This document shows, one piece after another, positions 22,542 to 32,211 of a stretch of DNA of 39,438 nucleotides. Position 1 is the stretch's first letter, and each line of letters begins with the position of its first letter. The notes beneath the pieces were generated by a model that worked only from the letters and a program-made list of their open reading frames with translations, searched no databases and was not told the DNA's origin. The stretch covers positions 1 to 39,438 of the forward strand of contig LBTN01000013.1 in NCBI GenBank assembly GCA_000992085.1. Direction: 5' to 3'. The position numbers and the translations under genes are program-made. The stretch comes from Candidatus Magasanikbacteria bacterium GW2011_GWA2_37_8 (GTDB lineage Bacteria; Patescibacteriota; Patescibacteriia; Magasanikbacterales; GWA2-37-8).

Positions 22542-23391
22542 TCATTTCAATTTCCACCAACCTGTCTAATCCAGACAGGTCTTTTTTTATTGTAATTTTT
22601 GCTTGAGGCAGGTACCTGTTGATTAATGATTTTATTGCTTTAATTTGGCTAGGGTCGATTTCGAGACAAATTAACAATGAACAATTAGTAATTAGCAAAA
22701 GAGGTTGTATTTGTAATAAAAGTTTTTCATAGAGAGAAAGCCCGTTGGTATTATCAGCAACCAGTGCTAGTTGTGGTTCTTTTTGAATTGATGGTTCGGA
22801 TATAAATTGATTGTTGGTAAGATAGGGGAGATTGGCGGTGATAATTAAATTATTAAATTGATAAATTGATAAATTGTTAAATGGTGACAGTAGATCGCCG
22901 TGTAAAAAATTTATGTTTACATTATGTATTTTAGCGTTTTTTTTGGCTACTCGTAGCGCTTGGCGAGAGATGTCGATTGCGATTGTTTTGATATTATTAT
23001 TTATATTTTTAATAATCGAAATCGGAATACAGCCAGAGCCTGTGCCAATATCAATTAAAATTAGGTTTGATTTTTCGTAATTTTTTATTTTTTTAATTAC
23101 CGTTTCAACCATAATTTCTGTATCTGGTCTTGGTATTAAAACATGCTTATTTACATAAAAATCCAACCCAAAAAATTCTTTATGTTTTAAAATTGCCGCC
23201 ACTGAATAGCCTTTTTTATATAAATACAGATAGTAGGCGAATTTAATTCTGGATAAAATACTAGGGCGGTATTCGGGGTGGGTCAGCAAAAATACGCGCG
23301 GTTGGTTTATACTGGCGGCTAAAAGCAAATCTAGATCTGTTGCAGCTATTTTGCCAGAGTATTTTTTTTGTATATTACTGAGATTTAACAT
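22531..23391 (-). CDS. prmC: Release factor glutamine methyltransferase (HemK)
   Basis: VLIPRPDTE, DIGTGSGCI, ANLPY (NPPY variant), KDLSGLDR. Confidence 0.93.
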   Translation of the reverse strand: MLNLSNIQKKYSGKIAATDLDLLLAASINQPRVFLLTHPEYRPSILSRIKFAYYLYLYKKGYSVAAILKHKEFFGLDFYVNKHVLIPRPDTEIMVETVIKKIKNYEKSNLILIDIGTGSGCIPISIIKNINNNIKTIAIDISRQALRVAKKNAKIHNVNINFLHGDLLSPFNNLSIYQFNNLIITANLPYLTNNQFISEPSIQKEPQLALVADNTNGLSLYEKLLLQIQPLLLITNCSLLICLEIDPSQIKAIKSLINRYLPQAKITIKKDLSGLDRLVEIEMIKS

Positions 23392-24856
23392 AAAGTATGA
23401 TTTCCTGATATTCTAGTAAATGCGGGTACGACTCTTCTTGGCGTTTCCAGCCACGACTTTCTAGCACCTTGTTAATATTAATACCGAGACTATCTTTGTG
23501 TAACAAAAAAATTTCATCGTTTTGTTCTACTGCTTTTTTATCTAACCAATCATTTATTTCTTTTTCTGGTCTTAAATACATTGCATAGTTGGTAGTAATA
23601 ATAGCATAATCTTCTGGTTGGTTTTCTTGGTCACCTTCGGTATAAGGGATAATTGATATTTTCCCTTGGTAGTATCTGTCGATCAATATTTTGTCAAAAA
23701 AATGTTCATAAATTACAACTTGTTTTTTGGCTGGATTATATTTCCCAGATAAATAATCATTAACCGTTTGCCAATTATTAAGTGGTAAAACTTTATTTAG
23801 TCGTGTTAGCCCAGGCCAAAGTAATAAACATAAAACAATAAGTGTTAATAATATTTTGTGTAAATAAAAATCAAGTAAGTAAACCAATAGTAGTATTGTC
23901 CAAGGAAGAATAATAATAAAAAATTTTATATTCCACAATCCTGTTAATGCAAAAGTTGTCCCAGGTACTAAAATAAAGATGGTTAATAAAATAAAATTTG
24001 TATTGAGCTTATTAGTCTTTTTTTGTTGGTAAAGATTAAAAGTAGTTATTAACAGGAAGGAGAAAATTATACCTATGCCAATATATTGGTTGCTTGGGCC
24101 TTGGAAAATTGATTGTAGGGTACCGACTAAATTTGTCCAATCATTACCTAATCCAAAATACCAAGCAGTACCAAAAAAAGAAGTAGAAATTTTAAATGTA
24201 AGAGATGGAATTATCCAAGCTAGCCAGATTGCAATTGGTATGGATACAATTTTTATCCAATAGATAATTTGACGGCGGAAAAGAATAAAAAGGGCAACTA
24301 GTTGTGCAAATAAAGTAATAATTCCAGTTAAATGGGAAAATAGCATTAAGCTGTTAATTACAACAAACCAAATTATATTCTTTTTTGTTTTTTTATCCAG
24401 AATAAAGATTTTATAAAATAAATCAGTAGATAGGATTATTAGTAAAATTAATAATGCATAGGTACGGGTGGTAGAAGATATAAAAATATGATAAGAATGA
24501 GCAGATAAGAAAAAAGATGCTAAAAACGCAATTTTTTCATTAAAAAGTTGGCAGGATAAACGATAAAAAAATATAATACTAATTACGCCGATAATTAAAC
24601 TTAACGATCTAGCAAAAAATTCTGTGGCAGGGACGATATAAAACCAAAGTTTTAAAAGTAAAAGATGAAGCGGTGGGTTGGTTTCCCAAAGCCAGAATTT
24701 CATACTATCTAGCCATGGTTTTTGGCTATATGTAAAACTGAACATTTCATCTCCCCAAAAATCACCATATTTAAGAATAGCTAACAATCTGAGACTGGTA
24801 GCTATAATTAAAATAAAAGTGAAGATTAGAAAATTTTTGTTATACCAAGGCTTCAT
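23375..24856 (-). CDS. GT-C-type (PMT/ArnT-like) membrane glycosyltransferase
   Basis: FWGDE, TNPPLH, RSLS, RTY motifs; many TM helices; soluble C-terminal domain. Confidence 0.85.
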   Translation of the reverse strand: MKPWYNKNFLIFTFILIIATSLRLLAILKYGDFWGDEMFSFTYSQKPWLDSMKFWLWETNPPLHLLLLKLWFYIVPATEFFARSLSLIIGVISIIFFYRLSCQLFNEKIAFLASFFLSAHSYHIFISSTTRTYALLILLIILSTDLFYKIFILDKKTKKNIIWFVVINSLMLFSHLTGIITLFAQLVALFILFRRQIIYWIKIVSIPIAIWLAWIIPSLTFKISTSFFGTAWYFGLGNDWTNLVGTLQSIFQGPSNQYIGIGIIFSFLLITTFNLYQQKKTNKLNTNFILLTIFILVPGTTFALTGLWNIKFFIIILPWTILLLVYLLDFYLHKILLTLIVLCLLLWPGLTRLNKVLPLNNWQTVNDYLSGKYNPAKKQVVIYEHFFDKILIDRYYQGKISIIPYTEGDQENQPEDYAIITTNYAMYLRPEKEINDWLDKKAVEQNDEIFLLHKDSLGININKVLESRGWKRQEESYPHLLEYQEIILYVKSQ

Positions 24857-25895
24857 AATCGGCAGTACGTAAGGCTAAAATTATTGGTTCTAGGTCGCCG
24901 TTTAAAATTGTGCTGATATTATTCCAATTCTCGTGGATGCGATGATCAGTAATGCGATCTTGCGGGAAATTGTAAGTACGAATTTTTTCGCTGCGATCAC
25001 CGGTACCAATTTGTGACAAACGTTTTTCGGTCATGGCCTTTTCTTTTTTCTCGCGTTCCATATCAAATAAGCGAGCACGCAGTACTGCCATGGCTTTTTC
25101 ACGATTGGCGGTTTGAGAACGTTCGTCCTGGCACTGTACTACCAAGTTAGTAGGAATGTGTACTATGCGTACAGCCGAATAAGTAGTATTTACACTTTGT
25201 CCGCCATGTCCGCCAGCACAAAAAGTATCGATACGCAAATCTTTTGGTTCGATTTTAATTTCGGTTTCCTCTATTTCTGGCATTACCGCTACAGTAACGG
25301 TTGAAGTATGGATGCGCCCAGCTTTTTCTGTTTCTGGCACTCGTTGTACACGATGTACGCCCATTTCATATTTTAAATCTTTATAAACATTGTGGCCTTT
25401 TACACCAAAAATAACTTCTTTAAAACCGCCAATACCATTTTGGCTTTCGTCGATTACTTCTACTTTCCATTTTTTACTTTCGGCATAATGAAAATACATG
25501 CGAAATAATTCGGCGGCAAATAAAGCAGATTCGTCGCCGCCAGCAGCAGCGCGAATTTCTATAATAACATCTTTTTTATCCATTGGATCTTGAGGTCGGG
25601 TGAGTTCTTCTAATTCTTGGTTTAATTTTGTTATATGATTTTTTAATTCGTCAATTTCAATCATAGTGAGATTGCGCATTTCTTCATCAGTTTCGTGCGC
25701 TATCATGCTTTCGGCTTGTCCTAAATCTTTTTCTGCTTTTTCCATTTGGCCAATTTTTTCTACTGTTAGTTTTAAGTCGTTATATTCTTGGGATGATTCT
25801 TTTAATTTTTTTTGATCACCAATAATAGCTGGATCCTGTAGATCGGCTTCTAGTTTTGTAAATTTAATTTTTAGATCAAGATATTTTTGGAGCAT
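24840..25895 (-). CDS. prfA: Peptide chain release factor 1
   Basis: [10 protein letters not shown] (PxT motif), [22 protein letters not shown]. Confidence 0.97.
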   Translation of the reverse strand: MLQKYLDLKIKFTKLEADLQDPAIIGDQKKLKESSQEYNDLKLTVEKIGQMEKAEKDLGQAESMIAHETDEEMRNLTMIEIDELKNHITKLNQELEELTRPQDPMDKKDVIIEIRAAAGGDESALFAAELFRMYFHYAESKKWKVEVIDESQNGIGGFKEVIFGVKGHNVYKDLKYEMGVHRVQRVPETEKAGRIHTSTVTVAVMPEIEETEIKIEPKDLRIDTFCAGGHGGQSVNTTYSAVRIVHIPTNLVVQCQDERSQTANREKAMAVLRARLFDMEREKKEKAMTEKRLSQIGTGDRSEKIRTYNFPQDRITDHRIHENWNNISTILNGDLEPIILALRTADYEALV

Positions 25896-25900
25896 AGAAT

Positions 25901-25939
25901 TAAGGAATAAGGAATAAGGAGTAAGGAGTAAGGAGTAAG
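25901..25939 (+). repeat. Heptamer tandem array (TAAGGAR x5.5) in the prfA leader
   Basis: TAAGGAA x2, TAAGGAG x3, TAAG; partial inverted copy at ~25984-26000. Confidence 0.9.
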
Positions 25940-26011
25940 TGATGTGATTTGGTATGGTAATTGTTTTATGTCGGTTTGGCTTTTTATTCCTTATTCTTTT
26001 ATTATAAATAA

Positions 26012-26050
26012 AAAACAGATCTAGTTTATTATAACACTAAGATCTGTTTT
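26012..26050 (-). terminator. Probable terminator after rpmE
   Basis: AAAACAGATCT...AGATCTGTTTT inverted repeat. Confidence 0.65.
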
Positions 26051-26060
26051 AATGAATATG

Positions 26061-26354
26061 CTAAGCTTTGTCGCTAGATTTTTTGGCAGTTTTTTTAGCA
26101 ACCGCAGCAGCCTTCTTTATTTTCTTGCCTTTACGGCCAGCGGCAGCGGCAGCAATTTTCCCGGCTTTTTCTTGGAATTTTTCTACGCGACGAGCAGTGT
26201 CAACGAATTTTTGTTTGCCAGTATAAAAAGGATGGCAAAGATTGCACAACTCTACACGAAATTCTTTTAAAGTACTGCCAGTGGTAAAGGTATTGCCACA
26301 AGCGCAGGTAACTTTACAGTCTTTATGATATTCAGGGTGGATTTTCTTTTTCAT
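26061..26354 (-). CDS. rpmE: 50S ribosomal protein L31 (Zn-binding type, Lys/Ala-rich tail)
   Basis: [26 protein letters not shown]. Confidence 0.96.
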   Translation of the reverse strand: MKKKIHPEYHKDCKVTCACGNTFTTGSTLKEFRVELCNLCHPFYTGKQKFVDTARRVEKFQEKAGKIAAAAAGRKGKKIKKAAAVAKKTAKKSSDKA

Positions 26355-26393
26355 ATAATAATCTAAATTAAGTGGGTATATTCTACTATAAAC

Positions 26394-27071
26394 CTACCTT
26401 GATGTCAACCCCCCAATAGTTTTGGCGTCTTTTAGCAAATATTCGCCAATTGCGGTGCGAGTTAATTCTTCGCAATAAGCACCACAATCTAAAGTTAAAC
26501 CAATATCATGGGCTATGGTGCGGATATAGGTTCCAACCGAACATTTTATCTCAATTTTTAAATGTGGCCAATTATAGTTTATTAATTTAATATTGTAAAT
26601 TTCAATTTCATTAGGCTGGCGCTCAATTTCAACTCCTTGTCTGGCCAACGTATAAAGTCTTTGCCCGTTTATCTTTTTAGCAGAAAACATTGGTGGAGTT
26701 TGTAACTGTTTACCAATAAATTTATTCAGTACTTCTTTAATCTCTTCTAATTCTGGCATTTTATTTAATTCATTTTTTTCATAATTTTTAATTATACCAG
26801 TACTATCATCGGTATCAGAAACTTTGCCTAGGTGGATGATAGTATTATAGGTTTTTGGTAAATTTTTGAATTCGTCGATGCGTTTGGTAGCTTCGCGTCC
26901 AACGCCAACTATTAATAATCCGGTTGCAAAAGGGTCAAGAGTGCCAGCATGGCCAACTTTTGTACCTTTGGGGTATTGCCGGCGAATATAAGCAACAACA
27001 TCAAAACTAGTCCAGTCGACTGGTTTGTTGATTAAAAGGAATTTTGGTTCGTTATTTTGATCTAAAATCAT
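26394..27071 (-). CDS. truB: tRNA pseudouridine(55) synthase
   Basis: KVGHAGTLDPFATGLL, QTPPMFSAKK, CSVGTYIRT. Confidence 0.96.
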   Translation of the reverse strand: MILDQNNEPKFLLINKPVDWTSFDVVAYIRRQYPKGTKVGHAGTLDPFATGLLIVGVGREATKRIDEFKNLPKTYNTIIHLGKVSDTDDSTGIIKNYEKNELNKMPELEEIKEVLNKFIGKQLQTPPMFSAKKINGQRLYTLARQGVEIERQPNEIEIYNIKLINYNWPHLKIEIKCSVGTYIRTIAHDIGLTLDCGAYCEELTRTAIGEYLLKDAKTIGGLTSR

Positions 27072-27121
27072 AGCAATCTAACAATATAGCAATTTGTCAA
27101 TTTAATCAAGATATATATATA

Positions 27122-27150
27122 TTGACATTTTGGCGATTTTATGGTAGGCT
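27122..27150 (+). promoter_or_regulatory. Promoter of the GC-rich small ORF
   Basis: TTGACA-17 nt-TAGGCT with TGG before the -10; GGGAGG SD at 27174-27179. Confidence 0.65.
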
Positions 27151-27184
27151 ATTATCAACCAATCATCATGGCTGGGAGGCCATC

Positions 27185-27463
27185 ATGAAAAGCGCGTTGC
27201 GTGGCAATGTGGCGATCAACCTGATCGCCATCATCTTGATCATGGCAACTTTCGCTCTCGTGGTGGTTCCCAAGATCCACCACGAGTACCGCGTAGCGAT
27301 GGCGGACTATGCCATCGACTACGCGGGGTCGCTTGCCCAGCGGGAGTGGGACGCCGCCGACTACAACGATCTGGAGCAGCCGTCCGATGACCCACCCGTT
27401 ACCCAGGTAACGGAGGGAGCGGACGAGCTTCCGCCCCTGCCCGAGTGCACCAGCCCGTTCTAG
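27185..27463 (+). CDS. Small GC-rich membrane-anchored protein, possibly pilin-like
   Basis: SD, then MKSALRG followed by ~22 hydrophobic residues and an acidic Pro-rich tail; about 60% GC by hand count. Confidence 0.7.
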   Translation: MKSALRGNVAINLIAIILIMATFALVVVPKIHHEYRVAMADYAIDYAGSLAQREWDAADYNDLEQPSDDPPVTQVTEGADELPPLPECTSPF

Positions 27464-27524
27464 CAACGGGCAGTCCTTCGTGGATAAAATGCATTTGGGG
27501 GGACAACAACCAAAAGGAGGCTAC

Positions 27525-27592
27525 ACAAACTCCCCACCATCTGCCTTAATTCTTTATTTAAAAGAGTTAGAGCAGAGGGGGAGTTTTGTTTT
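27525..27592 (+). terminator. Long hairpin/terminator downstream of the GC-rich ORF
   Basis: AAACTCCCC..TCTGC.TTAATTCTTT / AAAGAGTTAG.GCAGA..GGGGAGTTT followed by a T-rich tract. Confidence 0.7.
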
Positions 27593-27617
27593 TGTTGTAA
27601 TAATGAATGGGGTAAAT

Positions 27618-27646
27618 TTGACTTGCCCTTAATTTTCCGGTATACT
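27618..27646 (+). promoter_or_regulatory. Promoter of infB
   Basis: TTGACT-17 nt-TATACT, ending 10 nt before the ATG. Confidence 0.7.
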
Positions 27647-27656
27647 GTTATTTACT

Positions 27657-29565
27657 ATGAATGTAAGTGAATTGGCCAGACAACTTCGAGTGCATCCTCA
27701 AAAACTTTTGCAAATATTGCCAGAGTTTGGTTTTGATATTGGTGCAAAATCTATCAAAATCGATGATCGTGTGGCGCAACAAATCCAACGTGAATGGCGT
27801 CGAATAAAATATATTTTAGATGAACGTGAGCGTAAAGAAAAAGAGGAAGAAAAAGAAAAAGAAAAAGAGCAGCGTCGTGAAAGCGGGGTGGCTGTGTCTA
27901 TCCCGTCAGTTTTAACTGTACGCCAATTAGCAGACAAATTGCAAACGCCAATCAATAAGCTAATGCTAGAATTAATGAAAAATGGTATTTTGGCTACTCA
28001 AAACGAAAATATTGATCACGATACCGCTGTCTTGGTTGCAGAAGAGATGGGGTTTTCTATTGCCGAAGAAGAAGTATTGGCTGTTACTGAAGAAAATACA
28101 AGCCAACATGTTCAAAATTTAGAAAAAACTTTAGGAACTGGTGCTACTGTTCCACGTCCACCAGTAATTGTGGTAATGGGCCATGTTGATCATGGTAAAA
28201 CAAAATTACTCGACGCTATTCGTAGCACTAATGTGGTTGCCCAAGAAGCTGGCGGTATTACCCAACATATTGGTGCTTATCAGGTGGTTTGGAATAATCC
28301 AAAAACAAAAGCTCAAACTCCCTTAACTTTTATTGATACTCCTGGCCACGAAGCTTTTACTGTTATGCGTAGTCGTGGTGCAAAAGTTGCTGATATTGCT
28401 ATTTTGGTAGTAGCCGCCGATGATGGTGTAAAACCACAAACAATTGAAGCAATAAATATTATTAAAGCTGCCAAATTGCCAGTTGTGGTAGCAATTAATA
28501 AAATTGATCGTGAAGGCGCTGATCCACAACGTGTGCGAACCGAATTGTCTCAACATAATATTTTAGCCGATGATTGGGGTGGTGATGTGCCAATGGTAGA
28601 AATTTCTGCAAAACAAAATTTAAATATAGATAAATTGTTAGATACTTTGTTATTAGTTGCCGAAATGAACGCCGAAAATATTAAAGCCAATCCCGATCGT
28701 CCTGCCGCTGGTACAGTAATTGAAGCCCATGTAGACAAAGGACAAGGTCCAGTAGCTACTATTTTGGTGCAAACCGGAACTTTGCACAACAACGATCCCT
28801 TGGTAGTTAATGGGGGATGTTTTAGATGTTAGCCAAGCTGGTGATGCGACAGAAATTAATTTAAAAACTAAACGTACTCAACAATCTGGCGCCGAGCAGC
28901 GTCCAGTGGTGGCTACAGACGAAAATGATGAAGAAGCCAAACAAATGTATAACATTGTTTTAAAAACCGACATGCTTGGTTCTTTAGAAGCAATTGTTGC
29001 TTCTTTAGAAAAAATTAGCCATGATGAAGTGGGTGTAAAAGTGGTAGGGAAAGGTTTGGGTAATATTACCGCCGACGACATTTCTTTAGCAGCCGCTACC
29101 GGAGCTACGGTTTTTGGTTTTAATGTTAACACCACTCCAATCGCCACCGAAATGATGCAAAATGGTGGAGTGCAATTTAAGCAGTATCATGTTATTTATG
29201 ATTTGTTAGATTATGTTAAGGGCGAATTAGAAAAAATGCTAAATCCAGAATTAATTGTTACTGAATTAGGTAATTTTAAAGTTATCGCCCTCTTTCGTAC
29301 CGAAAAAAACAGTATGGTGGTAGGCGGTAGAGTAGAAAAAGGAAAAATATTGCGTAATTGTTTAGCCCATGTTAAACGTGGTGGTGAAATTATTGGTAAA
29401 GGTAAAATTACTAAATTACAAATTAGTAAACAAGAAATGAATGAAGTTCCAGAAGGTAGCGAATGCGGCATCCAGTTTGAAGGTAAATTAAAATTAGAAG
29501 TAGGCGATTTATTAGAAGCCTACAAAGAAGAGAAAAAAGAAAAAAAACTTGTATTAAACGTATAA
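27657..29565 (+). pseudogene. infB: Translation initiation factor IF-2 with a deletion/frameshift at ~28812-28816 (probably assembly artefact)
   Basis: [40 protein letters not shown]; C-terminal KTDMLGSLEAI and GSECGI lie in another frame. Confidence 0.92.
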
Positions 29566-29582
29566 ATATTAATTTATTTTTT

Positions 29583-29909
29583 ATGTCTGAAGTAAATTTT
29601 ACTGATGCAAATTTTAAGGAAGAAGTTTTGGACGCTGCGATGCCAGTATTTGTAGATTTTTGGGCACCGTGGTGTGGCCCTTGTCAAATGATGGGTCCAA
29701 TCGTAGAAGAATTAGCTCACGAATTTGAAGGTAAGAATATTAAAATTGGCAAATGTAACGTTGACGAAAACGGTGAGACTGCTAGTCGGTATAATATTAT
29801 GAGTATCCCGTCTTTCATGGTTTTTAAAGGTGGTGAGCCGGTGGATCAGATTACCGGTGGAGTACAAAAAGAAAAATTAGCCGAAATGATTAAAAGGTTT
29901 GTCGATTAA
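29583..29909 (+). CDS. trxA: Thioredoxin
   Basis: DFWAPWCGPC. Confidence 0.97.
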   Translation: MSEVNFTDANFKEEVLDAAMPVFVDFWAPWCGPCQMMGPIVEELAHEFEGKNIKIGKCNVDENGETASRYNIMSIPSFMVFKGGEPVDQITGGVQKEKLAEMIKRFVD

Positions 29910-29921
29910 GTATTTTATTTT

Positions 29922-29950
29922 AAAAAAGACGCTTTCAAGCGTCTTTTTTT
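29922..29950 (+). terminator. Intrinsic terminator
   Basis: AAAAAAGACGCT-ttca-AGCGTCTTTTTTT. Confidence 0.85.
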
Positions 29951-30018
29951 GTGTTTGCACAATTTTTCATAATTTAGTATAATGCCTTTTGTCTTATTAA
30001 TGTTTAATTTATATTTTT

Positions 30019-31242
30019 ATGAATAATGCTTTCGAAAATGCCATGACCCAATTGGATCAGGCCGCGAATATCATGAATCTTAACAAAGATATTTATGCAG
30101 TTTTAAAACAATCAGATCGTGTGCTTATCGTTTCTATCCCAGTTAAAATGGATAGCGGTGAAGTAAAGGTTTTTACTGGTTATCGTTCTCAATATAATAA
30201 CGCTATGGGCCCATACAAGGGTGGTATCCGCTACCATTGGAATGTGAGTATTGATGAAGTAAAAGCTTTATCTTTTTGGATGATGATTAAATGTGCTACG
30301 GTAAATATTCCTATGGGTGGTGGTAAGGGTGGAATAATTGTAAATCCTAAAGAATTATCCATTGGAGAACTAGAAAGATTATCTCGTGGGTATATTCAAA
30401 AAATTTGGCGTGAAATTGGTTCGGATAAAGATGTGCCAGCACCAGATGTGTATACTACCCCACAAATTATGGGCTGGATGCGTGATGAATATGAAAAATT
30501 GGTTGGGCATTCTGACCCAGGTGTAATTACTGGTAAGGCTATTCCTAACGGTGGTTCGGAAGGTCGCGAAACCGCCACTGCCCAAGGTGGTGTATATGTA
30601 GTAAAAGAATTAGCTAAAAAACTTGGTTTAAACCCATCCGAAACAAAAGTGGCAGTGCAAGGTATGGGTAATGTGGGTGGTTTTATGGCTAAAATTTTGC
30701 ATGAAGAAGGATATGATATTGTGGCGATCAGCGATTCTAAGGGTGGAATTTATAGCGAAAATTTAGATTTGAATGCAGTGTTTGCACATAAAGAAGCCAC
30801 TGGTTCTGTACAAAATTTAGAAGGTACAAAAAATGTTACCAACGAAGAATTACTAGAATTACCAGTAGATATTTTGGTGCCAGCTGCCTTAGAAAATCAA
30901 ATTCATAAAGATAACGTTGATAAAATTTTAGCTAAAGCCATTGTAGAAATGGCCAATGGGCCAGTTACCCCCGAAGCTGATGAAATTTTAAAACAAAAAA
31001 ATGTTCCAGTGGTGCCTGATGTTTTGGCTAATGCTGGTGGTGTAACTGTATCTTGTTTTGAATGGGAACAAAACAACAAAAATGAGCATTGGACTGAAGC
31101 AGAAGTTTTTGCCAAGTTAGAACCAATGATGGTGCAAGCTTTTAATGAAGTTTGGGAAACAAAAGAAAAATACAATGTAGCCATGAGAGTAGCCGCTTTT
31201 GTAAAAGCAATTGAACGAGTGGCAGCTAAAATGAAAATTTAA
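30019..31242 (+). CDS. gdhA: Glu/Leu/Phe/Val dehydrogenase (glutamate dehydrogenase)
   Basis: GPYKGGIRY, GGGKGG, DVPAPD, QGMGNVG, PDVLANAGGV. Confidence 0.92.
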   Translation: MNNAFENAMTQLDQAANIMNLNKDIYAVLKQSDRVLIVSIPVKMDSGEVKVFTGYRSQYNNAMGPYKGGIRYHWNVSIDEVKALSFWMMIKCATVNIPMGGGKGGIIVNPKELSIGELERLSRGYIQKIWREIGSDKDVPAPDVYTTPQIMGWMRDEYEKLVGHSDPGVITGKAIPNGGSEGRETATAQGGVYVVKELAKKLGLNPSETKVAVQGMGNVGGFMAKILHEEGYDIVAISDSKGGIYSENLDLNAVFAHKEATGSVQNLEGTKNVTNEELLELPVDILVPAALENQIHKDNVDKILAKAIVEMANGPVTPEADEILKQKNVPVVPDVLANAGGVTVSCFEWEQNNKNEHWTEAEVFAKLEPMMVQAFNEVWETKEKYNVAMRVAAFVKAIERVAAKMKI

Positions 31243-31247
31243 TATTT

Positions 31248-32105
31248 ATGCCAGAATTGCCCGAAGTAGAAACGATTAAACGCGATTTATTTAAACGAAT
31301 CTTGAACCACAAGATTCGTTTGGTTGAAATTCGTGATAAGAAAATAGTAAAGTCCAATAATTTTGTTAAAAAATTAATTGGTAATGAAATAAAGGGTATT
31401 GAGAGGCGAGGCAAGTTGTTGATATTTGTTTTAAAAAATAAAGAATATTTATTAGTTCATTTAAAAATGACCGGTCAACTAATGTTTAAAGCTAAAAATA
31501 AGTCTGGTAATGTTATAGGCGGACACAGTTTAACAAAAATGGAGGATAATTTTAGTGAAAAATTTACACGAGTGGTAATTGATTTTGGAGTGGGGAAGTT
31601 GTTTTTTAATGATATGCGGCGGTTTGGGTATATGAAGATAGTTGGGGAAGAAGAAAAAGAAAAAATTATTACTAAAGATTTTGGTATCGAGCCGTTGACG
31701 CCAGATTTTACTTGGGATAAATTTAACAAATTATTTAACAAGCGCACAACGTCTATTAAAGCTTTTTTGTTAAATCAAAAAATTATTGCTGGATTAGGTA
31801 ATATTTATGCCGATGAAGCTTGTTTTTGTGCAGGAATTAAACCAGACAGGCAAGTAAACAATATAAATTTAGAAGAAATAAAAAAATTATTTAAATGTAT
31901 ACCAAAAATTTTGCAACTGGCAATAAAAAATCGTGGTACTACTTTTAATAGTTTTGTTGATGGCGATGGTCAAAAGGGAAGTCATTTTAATTTTTTAAAA
32001 GTTTACGGCAGACACAAAGAAAAATGTAAACGTTGTTCAGAAAAAATAAAGAAAATTCGTCTAGTTGGCCGAGGAACACATTTTTGTCCGGGGTGCCAGA
32101 AATAA
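31248..32105 (+). CDS. mutM: Formamidopyrimidine-DNA glycosylase
   Basis: MPELPEVET, RRGK, HLKMTG, AGLGNIYADE, C-terminal zinc finger. Confidence 0.97.
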   Translation: MPELPEVETIKRDLFKRILNHKIRLVEIRDKKIVKSNNFVKKLIGNEIKGIERRGKLLIFVLKNKEYLLVHLKMTGQLMFKAKNKSGNVIGGHSLTKMEDNFSEKFTRVVIDFGVGKLFFNDMRRFGYMKIVGEEEKEKIITKDFGIEPLTPDFTWDKFNKLFNKRTTSIKAFLLNQKIIAGLGNIYADEACFCAGIKPDRQVNNINLEEIKKLFKCIPKILQLAIKNRGTTFNSFVDGDGQKGSHFNFLKVYGRHKEKCKRCSEKIKKIRLVGRGTHFCPGCQK

Positions 32106-32211
32106 GGCTGTTTCTTGCTTTTTTATCTATACTTTAGTAAAATTAAGATTACCAATTAAGGTAATTTTTGATATATACTTTTATGATCTATTGAGTCATA
32201 AAAATATATAT

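Noticed and set aside
22560-22580. Palindrome ACCTGTCT-aatcc-AGACAGGT in prmC as a mobile repeat
   Set aside because: It encodes the conserved DLSGLDR motif and is single copy; it may only help terminate the convergent gene.
25901-25939. CRISPR array
   Set aside because: 7-nt tandem units with no spacers, and no cas genes in the window.
27155-27466. Minus-strand 103-aa ORF
   Set aside because: Antisense shadow of the GC-rich plus-strand ORF, which has the promoter, SD and TM segment.
28805-28835. Programmed frameshift in infB (and similarly nusG)
   Set aside because: Conserved sequence is absent, so a frameshift would not rebuild the protein; no slippery heptamer or stimulator is seen.
32065-32211. 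N-terminal extension of LeuS predicted by the ORF track
   Set aside because: It overlaps mutM and runs through an AT-rich promoter-like spacer with no LeuRS similarity.
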